From contig NC_042997.1 of the NCBI RefSeq assembly GCF_006345805.1, positions 201,252,001-201,316,000 of the forward strand: a DNA stretch of 64,000 bases, read 5' to 3'. The position numbers were made by a program, and so were the translations under genes. The notes beneath the pieces are model-generated. The model searched no databases. It worked only from the letters and a program-made list of their open reading frames with translations, and was not told the DNA's origin. Source of the DNA: Octopus sinensis. Taxonomy: Eukaryota. Positions within the stretch are counted from its first letter, which is position 1. Each line of letters starts with the position of its first letter. This document shows positions 1-11,980 of this stretch, in pieces.

Positions 1-299
1 TATTGCTAAGGTTTCATAAACTAGATTTAAGTATTCACTAAGAAATAACTGGTAACCAGTGTGGCCACTGTTCAATGATGGAACCTAGTAAAAGGATAAT
101 TGAATTGACAGAAACGAGAGAGTAACAGCTTTACATTGAATCCATAATGTCCCAGTCTTTCATTTATGTGGAGTTAACAACAATAAATACCAGTAATACA
201 CGATCGTCTATTCACTTCATGCTATTCATTCGAATCTATTCACACCTGCTCGTGGTAAAGTAGTCATGGACCTTTGTAGAATAAATCAATACATTTAAT

Positions 300-900
300 T
301 GAAATTATCTGCATATTCTGACGAGTACAATTCTATATAATTGTTCAGGGTCAATACAACTAAATCTGTCAGTCTAAATAATAGTGCCAGCACCATTGAA
401 GACCAAAGTCTTTGTGTTTATGTCAAGTCAGAGCAACTCTCCCACAGATCTATTATTGCTGTAATATTCCTCTCATATTGGCATCATTCAAACATTTCTT
501 TTGATTATTGCTCAGAAGCAATCATGCTGTCCTCTCGTTGACAGGCATTCATGTTAATATTATCTATTTAGAAAGAAATGAAATGATAAAGACAAAAAAA
601 AAAAAAAACAACATGTATTGCTTTACCAAAAAATATAATTCTGAAAATGTGATTGGTGTATGCAGAAGATGAAACTGATATCAAACCGAAATAGTCATGC
701 TACTAAACAAGTTCTCTAACAAAGAATTGCTTTTATCTCCAATGTTAATGACAAGCAACATCCATAATTCTTCATTTCGACTTCAGGACGAAGACATGAA
801 AAGAGATGGTGTTCATTCCTCTACGACTAATTTATCATTGCATTGGAAGCCATGCTATTCTCTTAGCTTGCAAAGCCTTTTCTCTTTAATTTAATCAAAC
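300..900 (-). pseudogene. Highly degenerate non-LTR (RTE-like) reverse transcriptase remnant
   Basis: Manual minus-strand translation gives RE*HGFQC (cf. EQHGFR), LFM...EELWMLL and ...LLF...SEYADN (cf. YADD), with many stops. Confidence 0.35.
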
Positions 901-1882
901 CCTGGTACCAGATGCACCAATAACATCTCAAACACTTAACGGCAGGGATTACATCACATATTACTTATGTTTAAAGCTAACACACTTCAAGGAAATGCTT
1001 TTTCATTTTCCTTTATTTAACTTCTAAATTCCATGGTTTATAATTAATGTCAGGGCAATTACAAGAAATCTGATGGGGTTTTAGTGTGGTTGTGAAATAG
1101 TTAATGAATAATTGATGAGAAACATTTGGGTGATGCATGTTCAATTCACATAATCACACTAAATTGAGTATAAATTTTGATTCTGTTTTATTTAACTGGA
1201 AACATAATATATACATTTTTACAGCTGTTGAATAAATAACAGCATTTGAAAATCCACATATAAAAGCACATTAATACCAGCACAGTTCATAATCTGTGAG
1301 GACAGATTAAGCTAAGGACATAACAATGACTTTTCGTGAGATTTATCTACATAACTCCATGTGGTGTCTTCAGATGTAATTAATATTTGAAGATACAGGA
1401 AAGTAACATTAGCTTCTTTAGAATCTGATAGTTCTCTCTTTAATTAGATTTCTTAGTCTTTTTACACACCATTCGTAAAAAGTTCCTGAACATTCTGTAA
1501 ACCATTTAACAAGGTCTGAGATCACTGATGAACCTGATTTAACGAGCCACAATCACGTGAGTTTAATTCCTTTTATGTGAGCCGTGTTCAAAGCTGAGTT
1601 ATGTATGCTGAAGAAGGAAATATGATGACATGATTTGAACTTGCCATGTAACTGCTAACATAGCATTAGCAATCTTTTAAAAGTTTTTATTTGCAGCCTA
1701 TGATAATTTGTCTTAATTACAATATTTTGTTATTTTATCTGTCAAAATGTTAGGTTATTTTGTAAACCACATATGAATTGTACAGGCTTAACAGACTCTC
1801 ATGTGTGTGTATGTGTGTGCGTGTGTGTGTATGTGTGTGTGTGTATGTATGTATGTGTGTGTGGTCTTATTCGCACTCATTT

Positions 1883-2279
1883 TCTATTCTTATTTCTTTA
1901 TTGCCCACAAGAGGCTAAACACAAAGGGGACAAACAACGACAGACAAACAGATTAAGTCGATTATATCGATCCCAGTGCGTAACTGGTACTTATTTTATC
2001 GACCCCGAAAGGATGAAAGGCTAAGTTGACCTCGGCGGAATTTGAACTCAGAAATACCTATTTCTTTACTACCCACAAGAGGCTAAACACGGAGGGGACA
2101 AACAAGGATAGACAAAAAGATTAAGTCAATTATATCGACCCCAGTGCATAACTGGTACTTATTTAATCGACCCCAAAGGCTAAGTTGACCTCGGCGGAAT
2201 TTGAACTCAGAATGTAACGGCAGATGAAATACTACTAAGCATTTCGCCTAGCGGGGTAACGTTTATGCCAGCTCGCCTC
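1883..2279 (-). mobile_element. tRNA-derived SINE family C with an internal tandem duplication
   Basis: Head GGCGAGCTGGCA...TTCTGAGTTCAAATTCC (B-box-like); the body from the B box to the tail occurs twice. Confidence 0.8.
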
Positions 2280-2573
2280 ATTTTCTATTCTATCGACATA
2301 CAGTTTTCGATGAGTTATACGGTGGTATCCCTTATTTTTTTTATATATTTGAAAATAGAAGAAAGCGCGTCTCATACATATGGTAAATACTATAATGAAA
2401 GCATAAATATTGTGAAAACGAAGTAGTTTCTCTCAATCAATATATCTAACATTTAGATGTTTTATAAAGACATAGAAGACAAACAGATGAAGTGAAGATA
2501 AATAGTTAAAAAAAAGGGGTTCGCAACAAATGGTGGTTTCATATCTTAGTAGAGATCTTCACCTCATACATAC

Positions 2574-2641
2574 ATATGGCACTTTATTCAGATATTGGCT
2601 GGTTCTTGTTTTCCTTCTAAACAAGAAGCAGACAATGGTAC
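2574..2641 (-). CDS. Candidate 68-nt coding exon, (G)TIVCFLFRRKTRTSQYLNKVPY
   Basis: cccttacag acceptor, gtatgt donor, one open frame resembling a TM end plus basic stop-transfer signal; no homology recognised. Confidence 0.25.
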
Positions 2642-2694
2642 CTGTAAGGGTTTTGTGCAACTCGTTTTTACTGACTAATTAATAGCTTTCAGTT

Positions 2695-3091
2695 AGGCGC
2701 AGGAGTGGCTGTGTGGTAAGTAGCTTGCTAACCAACCACATGGTTCCGGGTTCAATCCCACGGCGTGGCATCTTCGGCGAGTGTCTTCTGCTATAGCCCC
2801 GGGCCGACCAATGCCTTGTGAGTGGATTTGGTAGGCGGAAACTGAAAGAAGCCTGTCGTATATATGTATATATATGTGTGTGTTTGTGTGTCTGTGTTTG
2901 TCCCCCTAGCATTGCTTGACAACCGATGCTGGTGTGTTTACGTCCCCGTAACTTAGCGGTTCGGCAAAAGAGACCGATAGAATAAGTACTGGGCTTACAA
3001 AGAATAAGTCCCGGGGTCGATTAGCTCGACTAAAGGCGGTGCTCCAGCATGGCCGCAGTCAAATGACTGAAACAAGTAAAAGAGTAAAGAG
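2695..3091 (+). mobile_element. tRNA-derived SINE family A, full length
   Basis: Head GGCGCAGGAGTGGCTGTGTGGTAAG...GGTTCAATCCC, internal (TA/TG)n and tail aaatgactgaaacaagtaaaagag; the same sequence recurs many times in the window. Confidence 0.85.
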
Positions 3092-3284
3092 AGAGTTAAT
3101 GTCAGCAAATTTTACATGTATCAAACATTTTTTCTTTTTGTTTTTATAAACAAAGCAAAACAACAACAACAGCTACAACAAAACAAATATTTATCTTCCA
3201 TTTGAAGTGTTCCTCTCAATTAAAGTGCTTGAATCAATTTCATTGGTTATGATTTCCACGTACTTCAGATGAAGTAGATATATA

Positions 3285-3290
3285 AGTGTA

Positions 3291-3332
<42 letters not shown>

Positions 3333-3384
3333 TGTGTATGTGAGAGAGAGAGAGTGTGTGTGTGTGTGTGTGTGCATACATGTG

Positions 3385-3429
<45 letters not shown>

Positions 3430-3588
3430 ATATATATATATAATATATAATATATATATATAGATATATATATATATATGTATGTATATATATATACATA
3501 TATATATATGTATATATGTATACATATATATATATATATATACATATATATATGTATATATGTATATGTATATATATATATGTATATA

Positions 3589-3673
<85 letters not shown>

Positions 3674-3690
3674 TTGTATGTGTGCGTGTG
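3285..3690. repeat. Compound (TG)n/(GA)n/(TA)n microsatellite
   Basis: Seen directly; source of the poly-YI ORFs. Confidence 0.95.
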
Positions 3691-3991
3691 AAATAGACAT
3701 CTGTGTATTACACTTAATGCAAGTACATTAAGCGAAAGGCGAATTCAATGCGATATTCATCTGGAGATAATATCTCTTGCAGACATACTCTGTTTAAAAC
3801 ACAAATATATCAGCAGCTGATAAAATTTGTCTTGCATCAGTGGTGAAAGTCGTTGATGTACGAGTAAGAAACTCAGGAAGGCGTAGGACAAAATGGTGAA
3901 GGCTAATCTTGGGACCTTGAACCTAACAGAGAAGGTGACAAAGGACCAGGACTGGCATTATACATTTATTGGAGAAACTGATATCTGGTTG

Positions 3992-4008
3992 ATATATATA
4001 TATATATC

Positions 4009-4043
<35 letters not shown>

Positions 4044-4060
4044 TGTGTGTGTGTGTGTGT

Positions 4061-4121
<61 letters not shown>
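3992..4121. repeat. (TA)n(TG)n microsatellite
   Basis: Seen directly. Confidence 0.95.
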
Positions 4122-4124
<3 letters not shown>

Positions 4125-4178
4125 ACTGAACAATGAGAATGAGTGCTCAACATTGCATTGTTGGATAAAGATTTCTTT

Positions 4179-4350
4179 ATTTATGGATTAAGGTTACCAT
4201 TGGTTTCCTATTAAAAAAGCTCGTGATAATTATCAAGCCTATCACATAGAACATTGGTGTACGTCACTACACAAATGTTCCATGTAATAAGCTTGATAAT
4301 TGTTAAGGGTTTCCCTAACATGAAACCAATGGTAGTCTTAATCCACAAAT
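4179..4350. repeat. Imperfect 172-bp palindrome (MITE-like fold-back)
   Basis: Arms of about 83 bp, 4179-4260 versus 4268-4350, roughly 80% complementary with a short loop. Confidence 0.8.
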
Positions 4351-4722
4351 GATATATATATATATATTGAAAAAGTTCGTGATAGGTGTAAAGATACCAT
4401 AAACAATTATAAAGATAGAGAAAAGATGTAAAAAATCAAAATTAGATTTAATAAGTACATACCAACGTTTCAAAGGGCAATGCAAATATGTAAGAAAAAT
4501 ATTAATAATAATAATTATAATTAAAGTTATGTATTGTCATTCTTGTCAGTGTGCAGAATTTAAGAAAAAAACATCCAAAAAATATTTTACTAAAAATCAA
4601 AAAGGCAAAAAAATAGGGTAACAGGGAAAATTTAACCGGATATTTACAAATATGTTGTAAAAGGGAAAAATTAAGTGAAACGAAAAAGAGGGACATGTCA
4701 ATGTGTATGCACGTCTATACAT

Positions 4723-5290
4723 ATATCAATCATAAAGGCACACAAATGCACCTGCCTGCTAGAAATAAGAATTAAAACCCTCATTTAAACCACCAATAAT
4801 AACACTGAAAATCCACAGTAGTTGAGCGAACGAGCCAAAAAAGATCTTTCACATACCTATATAGCCCAATGCTATATATTTACTAGTATTTGGATAGACA
4901 TGGATCGGTTTCTGGTTTGACATACAGTCTTACCTTCCTCAGCACATATTACCAGATTAAAAAATCTTTTCAATCTGACATTTTGAAGTTTGCTGGCGCT
5001 CTGAATAGTTTTGCACCAAAATCAGAACAGCCTCAGTGTAAAAATACCAATAACGAGCAAATATTCAGGAATTAATATTTATATAGATATTATTATTGTT
5101 ATCATTACGCAGTGTAATATAAATAGTTGATAATAACAACAACAATAATATAAGTGGTTGCAAGCCTAAAAAAGCAACATATAGCTATAGAATTAAAATT
5201 GATATCAATCATAAGGCACACAAATGCGCCTGCCTGCTAGAAATAAGAGTTAAAACTCTCATTTAAACCACCAATAATAACACTGAAAAT
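4723..5290. repeat. Two about 89-bp direct repeats (4723-4812, 5202-5290) flanking a hammerhead-like motif
   Basis: atatcaatcat...aataacactgaaaat is repeated 479 bp apart with few differences. Confidence 0.8.
4898..4947 (-). ncRNA. Degenerate minimal type I hammerhead ribozyme
   Basis: Minus strand reads AUGUG-CUGAGGA-AGGU...ACCA-GAAAC-CG-AUC-CAUGU. Stem I is 5 bp, the core is intact, and there are mismatches at the base of stems II and III. Confidence 0.5.
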
Positions 5291-6854
5291 TATGACAGAA
5301 AATCAACAATGGTCAGGCAAACGGGCCAAATGGTTTTGTTATAAGCATTCAAAAGTGTCGAAGTGCATAAAATCACATGATGCCAGGAATGGCTAGGTAT
5401 GATAATATAGGAGCTGACAGTGAAACAAACAACATCGAAGACATCAAGGGTTAGTAGAGTGCTGTGGATACGCAAGGACCAAATTCAATTTTAACCATAG
5501 ATCTGACTCAGGAGTGGGTTCGTTGTGTGGTTTAATTATAAAGAGCAAACACAGATGATGTTTAAACTTTACAAAAGGCTGTTTTAGTAGAATGTTATTT
5601 ATTTAATGCTGTCATAAAAGATTACGTCATAATGTATGATATACCATCATCAGGTAAGGCTTTCAACAGGTGAGATTTTAAACATCGACCCTGACATAAT
5701 TGACATTAGCTGAAGTTGCGATTCATTTAACTTTCACATTTGAAAATAGAAGAGAAACCAAACAGTCATCAACCTTCACTCTCTCCTATCCACACGTATG
5801 TACAATAGATTAACACACACACACACACACATACACACACACACACACACATGCACACACACACACACACATCTTATGATACCATGAAATTGTAATAATT
5901 TCACAGCATCGTAAGAAGTTTTTAGTCTATGTTAGTAGCAGGAAAGGTGTTTCGCAAATGAATCCATATTTAAATGAATCTAATGGGAGGTAATTAGTGA
6001 TTGTTATTATGAGAGACAGGTGGGTAGTTACGGGTAGTTACACTTTTTTTATTATTGGAGGTAAATTGATAGTATTTACATAACGAAGTTATAAATTTAT
6101 GAATTAAAGTATTTACAACAACCAAAATTGCTTATGTGTTCATATTCTGATGCGATTTGTATTTTTCTTTATTTGATCGTTTTATAGAAATTTTTTCCTT
6201 GTATTGGTAAATGGGGAAAACACCAATGATCTGGCTGTTATTATTGCTCCATTTCTTATCGCTATTTTTATATATATTAAACCACGGTTTTACCTTTTAA
6301 ATTACCTACAACCGTATACCTTATAGCAAGGACCATACATACTGAGGTAATACCAGGTGTACCTTTGGATACAGTCATCCCTTAGATGGTTACATTACCT
6401 GTAACTTACACTATATATCTTACACTCTAAATTTTTATGTATATATGTATATATATTTATATATATAAATATATGTATGTATATATGTATGTATGTATAT
6501 ATGTCAGTATGTATGAATGTATGTATGTATGTATATAAAATATGAAAATGGGACAAGAACGCAAAACATTCAGACAGTTAGGTGAAGCTAAAAAAGGAAA
6601 ACAAAATATCCAGACAGACGATACAAGGACGGATCATTCGGAATTTTCTATCCTCAGTCGAGTTCCAGATTACCTTTGCAATTTCGGCTGGTTATACTCG
6701 AGATTGCTCCAATTTGGCCAGCCCCAAGGAAAAATAAGCTAAGAGCATTACATTCCTTGGAAGAAAACGTTTGTATATATATATATACCTAAATAGAACA
6801 TTTTTTATTTCTAAATCTCTGAACGAGAAACATTCAGCAACAGTACTCTAAAGT

Positions 6855-6998
6855 AAAGATTATTTGCCAACATAATCTCCTTATATAAGGACGCAGATAG
6901 TGTGTCGAGAGCCAGCTGGAGACGATGCTTCCTCGGGCTAAATAACAGTAACATTCATCCTAATCAGGACTGCCACGTTATGTTGACAAATAATCTTT
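6855..6998. mobile_element. Internally deleted copy of the palindromic MITE family also at 51977-52313
   Basis: Ends aaagattatttgccaacataa / ttatgttgacaaataatcttt; the right arm matches 52110-52176. Confidence 0.65.
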
Positions 6999-7175
6999 GC
7001 ATATATATACTCATATCCTTTTGCACATATATACCCATATCTATATATATATACTTCATTGATTAGCTTCAAATTAGCTTCAAATTTACTTTGACCTGAA
7101 AATTAAAAACTGAGATTCGCTTAATTCTCTATCTATGACACAACATATCAACTGGATCAAGGAATTAAAATAATG

Positions 7176-7208
<33 letters not shown>

Positions 7209-7935
7209 GACCGAAGTGCCATGAGATCACTTCAGACCATGATGTTATGAGGATAACGACTTTGCTGTTCTATTTCCGGATAATAGTAAAAAGAATATTT
7301 GGACAACGTTAATACACAAGAATTTTTCAATGGTTGTTCCTGAAAATAAACACGTTCGTAGATTTGGTATTAGAAGATATACAATCAGCACATCGCAGAA
7401 AAATCTTACAGTAATTACTTGAGAAATAACTTGGAAACTCTACAAGCGGAACAGCTTATTAGGCTACGTGAAATGTGATGCAGAAGGAGAGGCTTTACTT
7501 CAAACAATAAAAATCCAGCCATCCCAATTATGACCCGCTGCCATTTTTCATTGATATTTTCATCCCGAGAGAGATGATGGAAGCTTATAATGGTATTTGG
7601 TGTTGCAGAGGGGGAAAAAATTACACGAGAAAATTACACAAATAGATTAATGCTTGGATAGGATTTTCCTTATCTTTGCTATTTGGATTGTTCAGCCTGA
7701 GAAAATTATTATTTCTTTTTATCCTACTCCCCCATGTTCCTCCTCCTTCTCCTCCTACTTCTTCTCTTCCTCCTTTTTTCATCCTCATCATTGTGGTTGT
7801 CATTATCTTCACTGTCGTCGTAATCATCATTGTCGTCACTATTATTATTACTATTATTATTACCATTGTTGTTGTTGTTTGTTGTTGTTGTTGTTGTTAT
7901 CATTATTATTATCATTATTATTATCGTTTTTTTTT

Positions 7936-7992
7936 TCTTCTTTCAAATTTGCTTCCATTTCCTGCCGAGCGTCTTCCCGACTCCTAGGGCAA

Positions 7993-7993
<1 letters not shown>
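7936..7993 (-). mobile_element. 3' UTR tip of R4/Dong-like family X
   Basis: Matches the 3' UTR of the full-length element (about 11990-12047); flanked by (TTA)n. Confidence 0.7.
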
Positions 7994-8061
<68 letters not shown>

Positions 8062-8069
8062 GAACTATA

Positions 8070-9541
8070 GACCTATCTCTCTGACCTCACACATCAGCAA
8101 GGTCATGGAACGAATAGTCAGAAGGAAGCTGATCACCTTCCTTGAAGAGAATGACTTGCTGCCCGACACCCAACATGGTTTCCGACCAGGGAGAAGCTGT
8201 TTAACTCAGCTCCTACAACACTATGACTGGGTGCTGAAACGGCTGCTCAACCACTCAAATGTGGAAGAGATATATCTCGACTTTGCAAAGGCCTTTGATA
8301 AAGTCGATCATGGAATGATATGTCACAAACTGCGTGATCTCAACATAGTTGGAAAACTGGGAGAATGGCTTCATGACTTTCTGAAGGATAGAAGTCAGGT
8401 GGTAGTAGCCAATGGGGCCACCTCCATTAACACACAAATAGTGAGCGGTGTTCCGCAGGGCACTGTTCTGGGACCACTACTGTTCATAATGGCCCTCTCA
8501 GACATGCCCTCAGCCACGCAGAGAGCCACGATCACAAGTTATGCAGATGATACAAAAGTTTCACAGGCAATACAGAACCCTGAGGACACTAAACACCTGC
8601 AATGTGAGCTGGACGAAATATACAAGTGGGCTGAAAAGAATAGCATGCAGTTCAATGCTGGAAAGTTTCAAGCTTTATACTATCAGCATGCAAAACTGAA
8701 TGCAATACCCAATGAATACACTGGACCCGGAGGGATTGCAATCCCAGAGGCACAATCAGTGCGTGACCTGGGTATTCACATGAGTGATGACGCGACCTTT
8801 CATGTACATGTTGCTAAACTGACAATGAAATGTAGACGGCTGGCTGGATGGATTCTTAGAACCTTTAGAACAAGAGAACAAAAAACCATGATGGTCCTCT
8901 GGAAGACACTTGTCCTAAGCCACTTTGACTATTGCTCTCAGCTATGGTCACCATCCAGTGTCAAGTTGATCACAGAACTTGAGGCGATCCAACGAAGCTA
9001 CACAAAGAAGATAGCCTCTATGCAGAATGTAAGCTACTGGGAAAGACTCAAGAGATTAAAATTATATTCCCTGGAGCGTAGGCGGGAAAGATATGCCATA
9101 ATATACATCTGGAAGATCCTGGAGGGAAGTGTCCTGAACTTTGGCATCGAGAGTTACGCAAATGCCAGAACTGGGCGCCACTGCGTGGTGCCTAGGACTC
9201 CAAACCTGCCATCAAGATGTAGGACAAGATTCTGTGATAGCCTGGGCTTCCGAGGCCCACAGCTCTTCAATATCCTCCCGAAGAACCTGAGAGACCTGCA
9301 TGGGGTGGATACAGATGTCTTTAAAATGAAGCTGGATCTCTTCCTGTCAGGTGTCCCAGATGAACCAACTTCACGGCAGGAGGGGCAGATGAGGGCAGCT
9401 GCATCGAACTCTCTCATGCACCAAATAGCAGTTGCTAGAAAGCCTCCATGAAGTGAAACCAAGTAGCAACACCAAATGGCGGTGCCCCAGCATGGCCACA
9501 GCTCATAAGCTGAAACTAGAATCAATCAATCAATCAATCAA
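8070..9541 (+). mobile_element. 5'-truncated CR1-clade LINE with (ATCA)n tail
   Basis: Contains the RT ORF below, a 3' UTR and an aatcaatcaatc tail; embedded between TTA tracts. Confidence 0.85.
8105..9451 (+). CDS. LINE reverse transcriptase ORF (448 aa, open)
   Basis: QHGFRPGRSC, YLDFAKAFDKV, GVPQGTVLGPLLF, YADD and the CR1-type C-terminal YWERLKRLKLYSLERRRER. Confidence 0.9.
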   Translation: MERIVRRKLITFLEENDLLPDTQHGFRPGRSCLTQLLQHYDWVLKRLLNHSNVEEIYLDFAKAFDKVDHGMICHKLRDLNIVGKLGEWLHDFLKDRSQVVVANGATSINTQIVSGVPQGTVLGPLLFIMALSDMPSATQRATITSYADDTKVSQAIQNPEDTKHLQCELDEIYKWAEKNSMQFNAGKFQALYYQHAKLNAIPNEYTGPGGIAIPEAQSVRDLGIHMSDDATFHVHVAKLTMKCRRLAGWILRTFRTREQKTMMVLWKTLVLSHFDYCSQLWSPSSVKLITELEAIQRSYTKKIASMQNVSYWERLKRLKLYSLERRRERYAIIYIWKILEGSVLNFGIESYANARTGRHCVVPRTPNLPSRCRTRFCDSLGFRGPQLFNILPKNLRDLHGVDTDVFKMKLDLFLSGVPDEPTSRQEGQMRAAASNSLMHQIAVARKPP

Positions 9542-9549
9542 TTATTATT

Positions 9550-9699
9550 CAGTAGTTTTATATTTTATAGTGTGCTTTCACTTCACTACCGAGCGCAGCT
9601 CTGTGTGCCTTGGGTATGTGCTGTGATTTGTTGTGATGCTCTGATGGTTACTGTATTGAAAGGGTTTTGCGTAGGATGTGTGCAGTGCCTGGTAGTGCA
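9550..9699 (-). mobile_element. 3' tip of R4/Dong-like family Y
   Basis: Encodes ALPGTAHILRKTLSIQ* plus 3' UTR; near-identical to 11452-11605; TTA on both sides. Confidence 0.75.
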
Positions 9700-9768
<69 letters not shown>

Positions 9769-9910
9769 TATTATTATTATTATATTATTATCATTATTAT
9801 TATTATTATTATTATTATATTATTATATTATTAGTAGTATTAGTAGTAGTAGTAGTAAGTAGTAGTAGTAGTAGTAGTAGTAGTGTAGTAGTAGTAGTAG
9901 TAGTAGTAGT
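9700..9910. repeat. (TTA)n/(TAG)n microsatellite
   Basis: Seen directly. Confidence 0.95.
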
Positions 9911-9920
9911 TTCGTTAGCA

Positions 9921-10011
9921 TCTTCTTTCAATTCTATTTCCATTTCTTGTTGAGTGTCTTCCTGACTCTTAGGGCAGAGAAACGCACTGTATACATTGGT
10001 AGTCCATTAAA
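9921..10011 (-). mobile_element. 3' UTR tip of R4/Dong-like family X (diverged)
   Basis: Aligns to about 11990-12082. Confidence 0.7.
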
Positions 10012-10399
10012 ATAAACACACCAGATTGTTCATTTACAAAGTTATGCTATAGAGAAAAATGGGGAAGACAGAGAGAAAAAGGAAAATATAAAAAATAAAC
10101 AAATAAACAAATAAAATAAAGTGGGGGAAAGGAAGGAAGACTCACAGCAACATTGCTCTTCTCAATACGAGTGACGTACCAGCTTGCTGGTGGAAGTTTA
10201 TTTCATTATAAAAATAAGAAAAATAACAACAACAACATTGAAAAATACTTTAGGAATGAGAACCCAGGTTTGAAATTTCCCCAAGACACCTGATGAAGGC
10301 TGGAATGTTGTGTTAACAACTAACAAGATGAGGACAAATATCCGTCAAATGTAAATAATGTAAATACTGTAAATAATCCCTCATCTCTTAAATATAGAA

Positions 10400-11335
10400 C
10401 TATACTCAGGCCTTTTGTATCTACACCATAGTTCTTCCTCACTTTTTCGAATTTGCAATCATTCTTCAGTTCTCCTTTTCCTTCCCTGACAAGTATTGAC
10501 ACAGACTGTTCAAGGAGTTTCCATCATCAGAAATTCTCCCTTACCACCAAGGTTGCTTATTTCCTCTTCTATCCGCCGATGTTCTGTTCTCAGTAGTTCT
10601 CAATCCCATCATTTCTTATTTCTTTATTGCCCACAAGGGGCTAAACATAGAGGGGACAAACAAGGACAAACAAATGGATTAAGTCGATTAGATCGATCCC
10701 AGTGCGTAACTGGTACTTAATTTATCGACCCCGAAAGGATGAAAGACAAAGTCGACCTCGGCAGAATTTGAACTCAGAACGTAACGGCTGACGAAATACG
10801 GCTACGCATTTCGCCCGGCGTGCAAACGATTCTACAGCTCGCCGATCCCATCATTTCTGCCACATTCTTACTTGCAGCCTTAATTGAGTTTATTTGTTTG
10901 TGCGATGTTCTTTATTTCAATGTGTCTCAATACATCATTGACTTTACTCGTCTCTTGATTTCGTCTCCATTGGTTGGCCTTCTTAAAGCCACACATAAAT
11001 TATGTCCCTTCTGTATTTTATAGATCCAAAATCCTGTTTAGTATTAATTGGTCCTCTTTGTTTAGGCAAACATTGATACCAATTCTTTCGCAATTCACGG
11101 CAGTATAGTCTAGCAAACAATTTTCCAGCTCTTCCACTACACCACAAAGGATATCAGGTGATGCCTAGCATCATCGCCTGATATCCTTCTTTTAATGACT
11201 TCTAGCTCCAATTCTGTTAACAATATATTCTTTCGTATTGCTCTTGCTTGGTCTCATAATCTGTCTCTAGTAATTTCAAACACATCCATTGCCTTCCATT
11301 CTCTGTGCATTCATTTTCTGTAACCTCTGACAGGG
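10400..11335 (-). pseudogene. N-terminal remnant of another R4/Dong-like ORF, interrupted by a SINE
   Basis: Minus-strand translation includes DQARAIRKNILLTELELEVIKRR, KVNDVLRHIE..IAQTNKL and KQPWW*GRI, motifs typical of the R4/Dong N-terminal region. Confidence 0.6.
10617..10844 (-). mobile_element. SINE family C with 14-bp TSD
   Basis: TSD ATCCCATCATTTCT at 10603-10616 and 10845-10858. Confidence 0.9.
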
Positions 11336-11390
11336 TACACTCTTCTTCTTCTTCTTCTTCTTCTTCTTCTTCTTCTTCTTCTAATTATTA

Positions 11391-11451
<61 letters not shown>

Positions 11452-11855
11452 CCAGTAGTTTTATATTTTATAGCGTGCTTTCACTTCACTACCGAGCGCA
11501 GCTCTGTGTGCCTTGGGTATGTGCTGTGATTTGTTGTGATGCTCTCATGGTTATTGTATGGAAAGTGTTCTGCGTAGGATGTGTGCAGTGCCTAGTAGTG
11601 CACTTTTCTGTATGTTATATGTGTTTGTAAGTCCTGGTGTTTTTGTTATCTATTTGTCTGAATATTTTTTTATCATGCCTAATACACCTACTATGATAGG
11701 AATTGTTTCTGTTTTTAGATTCCACATTCTGGTTACCTCCATTTCCAGGTCTTTGTATTTTGAAAGTTTCTCCATTTCTTTTAGAGACACGTTGTCATCT
11801 GCCGGTATTGATACATCAATTAGAAAGCATTTTTTTCTTCATGATCTCTGACAAC
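11452..11855 (-). mobile_element. 5'-truncated R4/Dong-like family Y (RLE endonuclease C-terminus)
   Basis: CFLIDVSIPADDNVSLKEMEKLSKYKDL...GTAHILRRTLSIQ*; (TTA)n on both flanks. Confidence 0.85.
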
Positions 11856-11857
11856 TA

Positions 11858-11929
<72 letters not shown>

Positions 11930-11980
11930 CATCATTATGATTATTATTATTATCATCATTATGATTATTATTATTATTTA

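Noticed and set aside
3191-3731. Long ORFs such as the 169-aa poly-YI frame (and similar ones at 7.6-8.1, 17.0-17.3, 22.9-23.7, 29.0-29.4, 51.0-51.4 and 59.0-59.6 kb)
   Set aside because: They are translations of stop-free microsatellites.
6306-6398. Symmetric 93-nt minus-strand exon candidate (GNVTI*GMTVSK...)
   Set aside because: In-frame stop in all three frames after the acceptor.
10285-10325. CTGATGA hammerhead half-core in a short repeat
   Set aside because: No closing stem II strand or GAAA follows in this copy.
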